Source: Nymphaea colorata (Eukaryota). From it: a DNA stretch of 64,000 bases. The translations under genes were made by a program, and so were the position numbers. The notes under the pieces are model-generated. The model did not search any database, had not been told where the DNA came from, and saw only the letters and a program-made list of their open reading frames with translations. Of the stretch, positions 26,565 to 46,136 are shown one piece after another; within the stretch, counting starts at the first letter, position 1, and every line of letters starts with the position of its first letter. The stretch spans positions 29,326,001 to 29,390,000 of the forward strand of contig NC_045138.2 of the NCBI RefSeq assembly GCF_008831285.2. The letters are read 5' to 3'.

Positions 26565-26865
26565 ATGGATTTTACCTCTGCGGAATTCCTGAGCAGAGAA
26601 CCAGTCATCAGTCGGATTTGTAAATTTGGTATTCCGTAGAAGGTGGCACGCCGCCCTCTCAGGCTGCCACCTTTCTCCTGCAAGCTTGTTCTGCAAGGAG
26701 CCCCGGTTGATGTGCCTTTGTAAGGTCTGTGGCTGCGCGTGCTGGTGTTTCAACGGGTCTCATACGGCCTACTCTGGGCCGAACATGCTCATTAAGATTC
26801 GGGGATTGGGTCTAAGGAAAAAGGTTCACGTGGGTAGAGTGGGCCGCTCGGATGTTCTGGTCTGA
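26565..26865 (+). promoter_or_regulatory. uORF-bearing 5' leader exon: uORF 26565-26639 (24 aa) and Cys-rich uORF 26710-26865 (51 aa), with two hairpins between them
   Basis: Acceptor at 26442, donor-like gtattt near 26904, next acceptor at 27270 just before the main ATG. uORF peptides are MDFTSAEFLSREPVISRICKFGIP and MCLCKVCGCACWCFNGSHTAYSGPNMLIKIRGLGLRKKVHV... Confidence 0.65.
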
Positions 26866-27276
26866 TCCAGCCCAAGTTTAAGCTCACGTTTGCAAATCCT
26901 AGGGTATTTTTTTCTTGTATTTTCTGTATATGTAGATCTATGGATCTGATAAATCTTATAAGTACTAAATGAGTAGTGCTCTCTGTCTCATCTGCGCTTC
27001 ACAGACAGCTGTGAAATGATATTGTATGTGTTTGCTTGAAGTTCTGATAACCTTGCTTAAGATCACGTTTCTTTCTCAAATTTGAAAATCCTATACGAAA
27101 GTATTGAAACAGAAATGACAGTTTTACTTGACGTTGAAGTTGGATATTGACTGAGTGAGAACCACGCCTAATGATTTTGAACTTTTTTGCTTATACCTTG
27201 CCGTCTGGTCATTCTGCGGGCTGAAAGCTTCTTTTTCCTTACTCATTGGGTGTGTTTATGCTTTTGGCAGGGTTTG

Positions 27277-27804
27277 ATGGATTCTACCGGCGTTCACATC
27301 AAACATAGCTCTGTGCTTACGGAGAACAGCCCATTTCGAACATCGAGTTCAGGGGAATCCGGCACGGCAAAACGACCAAACTCCAATGTCGACCGGAGCA
27401 ATAGTTCTGACGAGATCACGGCTTTGGATGTTGCTACATCTAAGAAAGCTAGAATTGGTGCAACAAACTTGTCTGATTCCAAACGGTCCGTTGAAAAGCC
27501 AGCGGTTATGAACGCATCGGCGGAGGGGGAAAATGGAGACATTGGCATATCTGTTGTCAACAAGCCCGATATTTCCAGTTTGGACTACCCGAGTTGCGGC
27601 TCAGAAGACGATAATGGCAGTACAGATGATAGCTGCATAGATGATATATTCTTTAAAGAGAGTGTGAGGAAAAAACTGCAGTTTTTGAGCTATATGGTTG
27701 GGATGGATTGCAGCAACCCAGTTGAGGTATTATCTGAAGTTGTGAGAGTCTTGAAGGAATTGAATGGAGGTTGGTGGTGCAACTCTCATGCAGAGCTGAA
27801 GTGA
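27277..27804 (+). CDS. Divergent SAC51/SACL-like atypical bHLH protein (175 aa)
   Basis: Single coding exon after acceptor ttggcag (27270). Contains DEITAL (compare the EI.ALL motif of SACL proteins), an acidic Ser-rich middle, and a C-terminal HLH-like VRKKLQFLSYMVGMDCSNPVEVLSEVVRVLKEL (compare ...VLDEAVRYLKSL). The uORF-rich spliced leader fits the family. Confidence 0.65.
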   Translation: MDSTGVHIKHSSVLTENSPFRTSSSGESGTAKRPNSNVDRSNSSDEITALDVATSKKARIGATNLSDSKRSVEKPAVMNASAEGENGDIGISVVNKPDISSLDYPSCGSEDDNGSTDDSCIDDIFFKESVRKKLQFLSYMVGMDCSNPVEVLSEVVRVLKELNGGWWCNSHAELK

Positions 27805-29290
27805 ATTAGTATTTTTTTTTCTTTTTCATTTTTCTTTCTCAGTTTTTGCTTTAGTTGCATGTAAATCATGCACTTCTGTTTCATCGGCTAAAATTGAATG
27901 TTGAAAACCATCGATGTACAGCTCTTTTTGGACGACGATGCATATAATACATGCAGTTCTTTTGGAAAATCAAGTGCCACGGTTACGTGTGTAAGGGGAT
28001 CTAGCGGCATGTCTAATTGATTTCGATCCCAAAATCTAGAAGAGGTTCGAAACCCGGAAAAGATTAGTGAAAGAACAAAATCAAGTTTTCATTAATCATC
28101 AACCAACAAAGATGGTGAAAATCCCATAAATATGAAAATTATGGACACAAAAAGCCTATTTAATGGTGATCGTTGGATGGGACCAAAGTGCCAAATATTC
28201 ATTAGGAGTCCAAATCCAAATAAACAATAAATAAACTAAGTGTGGATCTGCTGAATGCAAAGTCAATTCTTCCTGCCATCCTTGATTCTTGGAAGTGCTT
28301 TGCTTTTGTGCCAATCTGCATCCATATCCGACCAATTTTAAAGCCTAACTGGTGCCAACGAAGCGGCGAACGTGACAAGGGTGTGCAGATAACTATCTTA
28401 GGCCGCAAATGAACGGAATTCAAGATTGGAACGACATGGACCGATTAGTATATGGAGATTTCTGAAAGTTCATGCCAACCTCGAGACTCACCCAAGATTC
28501 AATTAGGATCTATAATTTCCAACGCAAGAATATATAAAAATGAAGTTTTAACGACCAGATGTATGGTTTGATGTAGAATCAGTTGGACATGGACAAGAAT
28601 CGGCACTAGTACCTTAATGTTGGCTCCAGAGCTTTAATCTTCTAAGTGTTTACAAATTCTTTCCTATATAATAGGCTTTTCTTTTGGAGAGGCTGATAAC
28701 AAATTGTAAGACAGCGAAATGGCTTGAGAATTACAACGCAAAGCGTTGGCCGCCCAGAATGTGGCATCAAAACAGAGGAAAGACGAGCTCCGCTCAATGC
28801 AAAAGGAAACCTTGTGTCGCTGATCGAGTGATCGTGACAATTACTCACATACTTAAACCCGGTTTGAATTTCGCAACAAGCTGTTTTGACCCGACTTGAT
28901 GGTTTTGACGTATTATGCATGACCTAATCAACCGTTTATTCATTTATTTTTGTTTCTTTTTTATTGAAAGAATGTCTTTCCAGAAAATTTTGATGCCCTT
29001 TAGCCATTGGTTTTAGGATCGCCCAAAACTTTGAGACACGCTCCATCCTGCCAATTCACAAATTGATATCCATTAAGCCAATCCTATATATATGTATATT
29101 AACATGTAAAACAGAGAGGGAGAGAGAGAAGTATATGCCAAACTTAATAAGGAACACCCCACCCGATACCAGCGAGAAAGCATGATCCAAAGCAAGCCTT
29201 CCCTAGATTACTTGTAATCTAGCTAGCGACTGCCTGAAGCAACGAATCTAGACAGCAAACTTTTAAGGTCTGCTGCAACAATAACAGGCA

Positions 29291-29689
29291 ATGGCGTGCC
29301 CAAGGGCGATTTTAGAGTGCCATGCTCACTCCATGAAAGATTATGTCAAGTTGGCTGTAGTACTCGTTTGCATCATCGTGGGCCTGAGGGCTCTCCTATA
29401 CATCATCTATGGCTTCTGCCAATACAGAGACGAGGCAACGGAACAGCGACGAGTGGGCATACTGGAGCAAGAAACCATGGGAAGACCACGGCAACAAGAG
29501 CAGCGGCAACAACACAGGGGGCATCAGCTCCAACAAATGCCTTTTGAAATGAGAAGTAACATCTCCCAGGCACATGCAGAGAGCAAACTTGTGATTGTTG
29601 CAGGCCATGATCACGTGACCTTCATAGCTAAACCATGCCCGCTGTCTCTGCAGACTGCCAACAAAGATGAGCTGCAAAGCCATGAATGA
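29291..29689 (+). CDS. GLUTAMINE DUMPER-like single-pass membrane protein
   Basis: Intronless 132-aa ORF with one hydrophobic segment (LAVVLVCIIVGLRALLYIIYGFC) and a C-terminal VIMAG-type motif KLVIVAGHDHVTFIAKPCP. Confidence 0.75.
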   Translation: MACPRAILECHAHSMKDYVKLAVVLVCIIVGLRALLYIIYGFCQYRDEATEQRRVGILEQETMGRPRQQEQRQQHRGHQLQQMPFEMRSNISQAHAESKLVIVAGHDHVTFIAKPCPLSLQTANKDELQSHE

Positions 29690-29868
29690 CATACCACAGG
29701 CATCCATTTTCTTGACGCCGAAGGTACTGATGCACTATTCAATAACGCCCTAGGCTATTAGATGGCGTCCTACGCAGGTATCCCCCAGCAGATTAGAGAA
29801 TTCAAGCACTTTGTACCCACTAAGTGGTGGCAAACTGTATATAGATGAACGTTAGTCACCTGAATTTT

Positions 29869-29874
29869 CACACA

Positions 29875-29913
<39 letters not shown>
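29869..29913. repeat. Compound (CA)n(GA)n microsatellite
   Basis: Direct reading. Confidence 0.95.
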
Positions 29914-31099
29914 CATCCTATGCATGAACTATAACGAATGTAACTCACACATTTCTCCGTCTTTGTACTGATAGAGCATGTCAATCTGTGAGAGAGAAAC
30001 GAATGAAAGGACAAATAGACAGGTATTCATATAATCGAAGAAGAGAAAATGAAATCAGAAACACAGCTTAGTTTCAGAAATTTAAAGTCTCAAAATCCTA
30101 AATTACTTCAGATCTTAGACCCAAGGTAATCAGACCAACCCTCAGGGTGGCCATAACTAGAAGAGCCGTTTCAAAGTTCACCAGAAAGTTTAAAGACGCT
30201 TGCCAGAATATGAGATGTTAAACAACCCCGCGCAAAAGCTTTCTGAAGAACCAGATTTTTAGGCAAAATATTACAATTTTCCGGCTGCCCTTTCAGCACA
30301 ACCTAGGGGAAGCTACTCCTGTACCTTTCATCCGCCCGCAGGCATACATTCTCAGCTTGGATCACGAGTAGGTAACAGAGAAGCCTGCCAGCGTTCGCGT
30401 TTATATCTTGGTTGTTCTTTCAACTTGGTTGAATCCCACGTCGAAAAATCGAATCCAGTTAATCTAGTTACGAACAATACCGAGCCCAACCGAGCCTCAG
30501 AATTACCCAACTTGTATTTGATTTAGCATGCAATTGAAAGAGTACTATCTGATATCACTTGCTTGTCCAAGTGCTAACAATCTAGTCCAAGTTCCGCTGG
30601 TTATTAGATTTTGAGAAGGCAAAACTAAAAGTTTTTAGCACCTTCTCTACAACCAAGTCAAAGATAAGGTAAAATTTACTGCAATGTACTTCACTATTTT
30701 TATGTTGCATGAAGGTAATCAACGAGATCACCGTAAATTTTCCACAAATTCTTGGACTAAAAAGAAATTCATAATTACCATGCTTCTATGCCCCCAGATT
30801 AGGACTCGCACGGTAATTCATAATTGAACAACCTCCCTTCAAACATCAACATTAACCATGATACTTACAATGAACAGGCTGAAATATAAAAAACGGATAT
30901 GAAATGGCTGGCTGGCTTAACAAACCTAAACGACCATCTACGTAGTAACCATCACAAGGGGACCATAAATGAAGCAAGGATTGCCCAGCAGGGCTCAAAC
31001 AGAAACTACCACCGATGAACTATTGAATATAATTTCTGTGGCTTGCCGTAGGCTAATCATTTCTGTGAATATCGAAACGGATCAGACAACCGGCCACGA

Positions 31100-32500
31100 A
31101 TATGGGAATCCAAAGTACGAGTTACTTCAAGAACTTCGCAGTCATAAAAGGATCATGGCTCCCCGTACAATATCCTAAACGCCTAGATGGATGCACTACG
31201 CGATCCAAACATTTTTTCCAAATTTTAATCCAACCCCCTTTCCGTCTTCTTAAGAGTTCCGACCAACCTGAAGTCTTTTCAAAACCCTTACTTTGATCCT
31301 TTCTCCTCTTATTTTGTCCCGTTTGTTGAAAAGCACCGCCTGGGCACGTACTTCTAAGTTCCAACCACATAGCTCATGAAATCACTGTGAACGGTCCAAA
31401 TAATCTCTTTGGACGACTTATACATTCCTACATGAAAAGGAGACAAGTTACCTGCCACCCTGCTACGGAAGATCATGAGATATCAACTAGTTTATCCCAA
31501 TACAAGTTGTCATGTTTCTCCAGTGGTCATAATCTACTACCCCTACCATACCTATCTGCACCTGAGGAGATTGTAGCAGATCTAGGAAAATAAAAAGATT
31601 GCCATGCCCAAGAGGATCCTAAAGAGTAGGACACCATTACCAAATATCCCAGAAATGTTGGGATGAGTTACTGATGATGGCTGATGATCGACTGGAAATA
31701 TTTTCAGAATTACTTGATCGGCTTTCACGTGGAAATATTTGCTAAACGATCGACGAATCAAATCACTCATTGAAACTTTACACAGTTCTCATAAAAAATT
31801 TATGAGCAATCAAGTCAAAAAGATGAGAAACAAGATGGAGCAAAAAGTCCAGATATCTTACCTCAAAAAGCTTCAAGAAATCTTACTAGAACTCGATCAG
31901 CCTACCCTTCTCTGTAGTCTGGAAAGTAGCTCCACAGATGCTTCCTGGATTCCAGTCAGATACATATCCAAACACATTGATGGGTTGGCGTGGATCCAAC
32001 TTTTGACAGAAATTCTACTTCAAGTGTCGCAATCAGGTGCAAGCATTCAGGACGAGCATTTTACTTCCATAATTTCTGCTTCCCATGTCCAATTCATGCA
32101 GAAAAGCTTTAATAAGGGAAACATGACTACATCTTTTAATGATTAACCTCTTCACGACAAGAAACTTCTTCTCAAACGGTCATAAGATTTATCATGTATA
32201 TAATCCAATGATAAGCCTCCAAAATGCAAATAACCGCACGCCTTCAAATCTATCAACGACCTTCATAATGCAGCCTATACTTTCTCTTCTTCTAGAAATT
32301 GATCCATTGTTTTTCTTCACAGCACTCAAATGAGAACAAGAGAGCGAACTAAGCTCCACGCAAAAGTACCCGACCACTCTGATTTAAGCGTCCAAAATAT
32401 GCCGGGTATCTCAATGAAGGACGTACCTAAACTTTCCATATCCTATTCTTCTCATAAACAACTTTTGATCACTTTCAACCATCGCGATTTTCCATGAATG
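31100..32500 (-). mobile_element. Highly degenerate coding-like remnant, probably a LINE 3' region
   Basis: Stop-interrupted minus frame gives ..GVRLFAFWRLIIGLYT..KKFLVVKR..CSHVSL..FLHEL (zf-RVT-like) and, downstream, GGWIKIW (resembles the P.GW.K.N start of LINE RNase H-like domains). Confidence 0.35.
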
Positions 32501-33299
32501 GGATATGATCTTGAATCCATTTGACATTCACAAATCAGGCCGTAGTTATTTTCTTCTATTGACCAATGTTTCCCTTGACGAATGCAGCATCAGAACCTGG
32601 CAACAGAAACAGTTGAAAAATGAGATGCCTGAAAACAAACTACATCAGGTGCTTTCCAATAAATGTAAGAAAAGAACATCAGCTCCAAATTATCATCTCT
32701 TACAAAAATGAGAGACACAGTACCTGGTGGATGCCCAAGATAGGGAAAAGTATCCCAGCACCTGATCAACGGCATTGGTTTGTTCCATTCAGGACCTGAT
32801 GAACTCGGGGATGAAGATGCAGAGTAAAATAACCCTGATGAACAGCCACAAGACTAACTCAAAGTAGTAAACTCAAATAAAAGAAAGATTGAGTTTCATA
32901 CTATATATATTGACCAAGATTTATATTTACAAGGAATACAATCAAACACACAACAAGAGCCATTTGAACTATCAACAGAAGAATTGAAAGAGCGAATCAC
33001 TTATCATGTGTTACATGAACCAAAAAGCCGGCAAATGGTGTCAACTAACAGCAAAAACATATCATGCAAGAGCAATGCAGCTTCAACAGGCTGACTCTAG
33101 TTTTTTCCTTTGTTGGTAGTCACCTTAAAAAATACAGTATGTATGCAGTTCTCCACATGATGAGCCTAGGTCTCACGCACTTTCACAGCCTTAAATACTG
33201 GACTGGTGAAAGGGATTACCTCCTTCAACTATTATTCCTGAGAAGATGGAAAACCCAAATAACTACACCCAGTGACAGAACTTGCATCTTAAATTTCAG

Positions 33300-40738
<7,439 letters not shown>

Positions 40739-42097
40739 CGATCAGACGTCGAATATCATCAAACTAAAAGAGAAATTCAGGGTGGAGACTTCTCTCCTGT
40801 GCGTTTGTATGTCTGTGAGAGACAGAGGGGGGGAGCGGGGAACACAAGATTGACGAACGGAGGTCTTCTGAGAGGAAGAGAAAGAAGCGCGCAGGAACCT
40901 CGACGCAGAGACGACGGCTTTAGCCCTTCCTGCCTCTCGTCGTCGGAGCCTTATATGTGGAGATCGGCGCGCAGGGCCATTTTCGAGATTATGAGAAAAG
41001 AAGTCAGTGGCGAGGATAGGGTCCTCCCCATCTTTGTCCTGGCGGTAACAGTCCAACAGGTCGGCTTGCGGTCCCTTGAATCGCCTTCCTTTCAATAGTT
41101 TCCATATAGGTGCCTATCCTTTCGATCAATTGCAAAACACCCGTGCCTGTTTAATTGCAACGGCCAGACCAAAACACTTGGGAGAGGCTCAATCTTTTAA
41201 TATTAGTCATAATATATGTTAATGATTCATATTTATGTCTGCACTGAAGATAGTTAAATGTACGCTTGTTGATCTTAATCTATAATTTCAGCAACTGAAA
41301 AAACAAATAGCTTTTCTTTGAGAGTATTTCTCACAAAAGCGTAATTTTGAAAGGAGTTTCTGTGAAAAAGAAGTTTTTTTTTTTTTCAATCGATCAACTA
41401 GTGTTGAATAAGACAAACTTTTCCCAATCGACTATTAAAATACAAGATGTGTTGTCTTAAGGTTGTTCTAGAAAAGTTTTCTTGCAATATGTAAAGCCTA
41501 TACTTTTAGGTGGTGTTTGATGCATATCTATGGGGTAGGTTACACGTGAGAAAGCGTGGGCTACTGTTCTACATTTTTATTCACAGGATTAATTGGTGGA
41601 GAACCGACTCTTACTGTCCAGAAGCCTCGCGCCGGAAAAGGAAATGAAAGTCGGAAGAAAGAATGGTTGATCAACGTCAGATCGGAGTAGGAATTTGCCG
41701 ATTGATGAAGGACGAATCATGAAAAAAACTCTACGACTTGGGGGTTCCGATGGGCCCACAACACAGCGAAGAGGGGCGGGCCCCAGAGGCAGAGGAAGGC
41801 GCTGGTGGATTGGGATGAGACGTGTGAGAGAGGAGCGCGTCGTCATGGCGGTGCCCATGCGCGTGACGTTGCATTGCATCCACTCGGCTGGGCTGGGCTG
41901 GGTCTATGTGGGACGATCCAACCCGATCCCAAAATGCTCGATCTAAGGCCTCAGCGGGTTTTGATCTGACATTCGTTTAGATAAATCAAAACATTATTTT
42001 ACGGGCCATACTCCATCATACGAAAATTCGATTTTTCAGGAAATGATATATTCCTAGTACGTTGCACAATCTGTGGTGGGTTACGGGTACGGGTGAA

Positions 42098-42700
42098 CAG
42101 GTGCCCAATTGAGCTTGCTTTTCAACTCGGCTCGGGCTCGAGAATAGTTCGATGGAAACAATTCGACTCGATAGTTACGTGTTGAGTTTGAGCTCGACTC
42201 GATTAATGCTCGACAAACTTGTTTGAATAGAACTGATATTCATGTTACGTGTTGAATTCGAGCTTGACAAACTCCTAAAATCTTTGAATATATCGACCTG
42301 ATTAAGGCCCGACAAACTCGATTAAGGATAGAGCTCGACTCGACAGTTACGTGTTGAGCTCAAACTCAATTCGATTATTTGAACGAGTTGACTCATGAAC
42401 TCGAGCTCGACTCGTTAAGCAAATAACTCGGCTCGAACTCATTCACGAACTGAGTTTGAAGGAGTTGACCTCGACTCATTCCTCACCCCTAGTTATGGAG
42501 CTATGCCTTCGCATTGAGTCGAGTCTCCTGCCTTTGGCACCAAAAGTTTCCTGCTTGAATACTATTTCAATTGGCCCGAACCTGATCCAAGTAATACTAT
42601 GTGTTGGATCTAAGATACAATCTTGATTGGATCTGCATCTGAGAGTAATTGCCGCAAATAATTGAAGTTCGACAATATGCATTAAACTTCTCTACACACA

Positions 42701-42798
<98 letters not shown>

Positions 42799-44041
42799 CT
42801 TGACCTCATATAAGCACACACGTATAAGAAAAGTCAATATTGTTGGATGTCTGCAAACTAACATTTAAAAATTTGTCATTAAATATATACCAATTGTTAC
42901 TAAAGAACCATAAATCATCGCTAATACCAAAATAGTGACCTTCATTTAATGATAAAATTTTCAATTTTAATAATCCCAGACTAACTGAATCGTCTTTTAT
43001 ACATATATACACATTTGGGCACACGTACTCTATGAAATAAGATATCATATGAAACATCATTGGAAGCAAAATATGGTTGAATAAGCTACGAGACATTGCG
43101 TAAAGCAATTTCTTTTATGTGGTGGATGAAAACCATGCTTTTCAGCCCGCAACATTCGCTAAAATAGACAATGAGACTAACTTTTCAAAGTTAGCAGCCT
43201 TCATTATTGTTTGCCTACTCGCAACCTCTCAAGTTTTGGTGATATAATAAAATACGCTCAAGTTCGAATTTTTCTTGTCTAACCCCTTGTATTATGTAAT
43301 GAGTAAGACTCAAACACGTTTCAATTGTATTTTTTTGGGACGAAGCTTAGAATTTATGTTCCATGTAAAATGGAGAGAGAGAGAGAGAGAAACCAACTTA
43401 GCCAGGTGTTTTCTTCTTCTTCTTTGGTCTTTTCTCTCTCTTCTCTCTAAAAGTTTCTTTGGCAGTTCATGGATTTTATGGCAAAAAAGATGGGCAGGGC
43501 GTCCGGCCATTTCCGGCGACCAGCGTGGCTCGCCGGGGCACATGCAGTGGTAGGTCAAAGCCTCGCAAACTCTTTCTTTTTCGTCATTTTTTTTCCTCCT
43601 CTTTCTTCTCTTTGCTTCTATTCCTCCTCCTCTCTTGTTGCCCTCCGTCTCTGTTTCCTCCTTTTTTCTTTTTCTTTTCCTCATAGTTCCACCGGAGATG
43701 CAAACGCCGTTTTCCAGCGATCGGACGTCTGAAAGACGCCGCCTGACGGCAGAGCCTAAGTTTTTTTCTTTTTCCAACCGACGGGCTACTCTTGGACTTG
43801 CCTTATCTGTTTGTTCGCCCCCTCTTTTATAGCAGCGGCAAGATCGCCGGTTTCCAACAACAAGCTGGGACGACGATCCGGACTACCGAGTCTCGCTAGA
43901 GCTCGGATAGAGTCAAACTACTCGAGCTCAAGCCGACCTTGTCAAGCTTGACTTAAAGCTCGAATTGAGCAATATGTGAATCAGGCTGAGCTCGAACTCG
44001 AACTGGCCGAGCTTGAGCTTGACTGGCTTGTGTTGGACCTG
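42098..44041. mobile_element. Non-autonomous hAT-like element with dense GAGCTCGA/CTCGA subterminal repeats
   Basis: Termini caggtgccca / ttggacctg; repeat clusters at 42110-42530 and 43890-44030; internal long (TA)n and CT-rich segment; no TSD seen. Confidence 0.55.
42704..42793. repeat. Long (TA)n microsatellite (about 90 bp)
   Basis: Direct reading. Confidence 0.97.
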
Positions 44042-46079
44042 GCATTAGAATTTGCTGGGGGGTTTAGGCCAGGTCCGCTTGGGTCCGGCCTCCTCTTAAA
44101 TACTAATTAGTACAAACTGATCCCTATTGCCAGATTTCAGGTTATATGGAACCCATGACCAAGACTATGGAATCGAGCCAGAGTCAAGCCTCAGGCCTGT
44201 TAGAATCGAGGCCTGGGCCATGGGCCATGGGCCATGGACAGGGCCTGGGGCCGGCTTAAGTGTGAAGTAACAAAAACCTAACCCCACTAGCGATAAAATA
44301 AATTCATGTGACTAAATATATCTAAAAGTTTTTTATATGACACACCTTATAATTTGTTATGAGTTGGTATCTTAATTATTCCATGTATTTAAATTGAATC
44401 AAGGGGTACTAAGCATATTATCGCGGCCATGGCCCATATTATCTTGAGCCTGCAGCATCGAGGCTGAGGTCAGACCTTTTTTAGTTAACTTTTAATTTAA
44501 AAAAGCACAAATATGGAAATGAAAAAATACCCTCCAGTATATAGAAATAGGCATCTTTGTGAACAATTGCCTACACAAGCAGGCGTATCCCCCACATCTT
44601 TAAGCCTTTATAGGACTGTCGAGCCCAGTGCCCGGCCCTATGACAATGAAAATTCCATATATCATCGTCAATCATCAATCATGGAAATGGACGGTGGCTG
44701 TGAGGGCGGAAGGTGATGCCTTCAATAATAAAGGGTGGCGGCTTGGGTATCACGACTATCTTATCGTATCTTAAGATGTTGGATGCTACATGCCTTTTGA
44801 CTTTGTTTTTTTTGTGATGCTTTACAAAATTTCATTATAAATATTCCATTAAACAAGATTGATTTTGCGAGTGGACGGTCACTTCTTCACCATTCAGAAG
44901 TTTAAAAGCTTTGAAGTTGCCACTGTCTTGTCGATTCGCTTTGTGAGTGCATGCTTTTTGAAAGAAGAAAACCCGTCAATTTGATGGACAATTTTGATTG
45001 TTTTTGAATGGTTATTGTAACTGAAGGTCATGTCATGTCAAACAAATCATAAAAAGTGCTTACTATACCAAAAAGAGTGAATATCATTTTGTCTGAATAA
45101 GCCAAAGCGAAGGAGATTTTCACCTCATTCGGCTCTTCATTCAATTCTTTCGAAGGAATCAGATCCTTTTCCTTGTTTCCTTTTGAAAGTAAGTGGTATT
45201 TTCAGAGGAACATGTGATGGTCTAGATCTAGACCGAACCCCAACTTCAGTCTGAAACTTTTTTTTTTTTTTTAATAATGTAGATCTCGTAAAGCTTGTTG
45301 CTTGGAACTTATCGCTATCAGGAAATAAAATCGCTTTAGGCAACTCCTAACAGTTTGTTTTTTTTTTTTATGTAGAGATTTTCAAGCGGTAGCATGGCTG
45401 AGCTAGAAATTTGTGGCTCACTGATACGTAATTACCCAATTTTGATCATATTAGAAATCCCTTGATATAGATGTAAATAATTCATACTCGGGCCAAGTCT
45501 AGGCTTTGCTGAGTTCGACATAATTGGATCTCATCTACCCAGTTCCGGAATCAATCTTGGATTGACACTGAAATTTTAAAAGTTGCATTGAAATCCGCCT
45601 AGCATGAGATCAGATAGTTACAGAAATTTTATGCTCCTGTTTCTGCTTCTTAGTGACATCCTAGGGATAGTGTCACGGTGTAAATACACAATTTTGGCTT
45701 CTTTGCCGCATCTTTTTCTCTCCATTTTTTCTCATCTCGTCTCATTTTTTATTCTCTAATGTGGCAAGTATTTACCAAAGTAGGTGTTATCTCCATGATG
45801 ATAATGTCCAACAAATCATTTAAACTAAGATGATAGTGCTTGGTACTTGACGCAGACTTGATGATAAAATAATGACGACATTTCTACAGATGGTGCTCGA
45901 GTATAATACGACATAGAACATTACAAATGCAGTGACGTGTAGACATAACAACCTATTGTATCATTAAATGGATGCAGTTGTGAACAATCAACATTTGCTC
46001 CGGTTATGCATAATCTCTTACCTTCTAACCTTCAAATGTTTTCCCTGCAAACTGGGAACATTTGTTGTGGTGTGTGAAA

Positions 46080-46136
<57 letters not shown>

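Noticed and set aside
31739..32146. 135-aa plus-strand ORF
   Set aside because: No recognisable motif; antisense to a decayed coding-like remnant
41902..41912. Minus-strand GTCCCACATAG resembling the plant snRNA upstream element (RTCCCACATCG)
   Set aside because: One mismatch, no TATA box at the expected spacing, and no recognisable snRNA downstream
42110..42530. Repeated ctcga/gagctcga motifs superficially like a CRISPR or iteron array
   Set aside because: Irregular spacing, no constant repeat-spacer structure, and eukaryotic context; better explained as transposon subterminal repeats
43275..43832. Lys/Arg/Glu-rich and Phe/Ser-rich ORFs
   Set aside because: Low-complexity translations of a CT/GA-rich transposon interior
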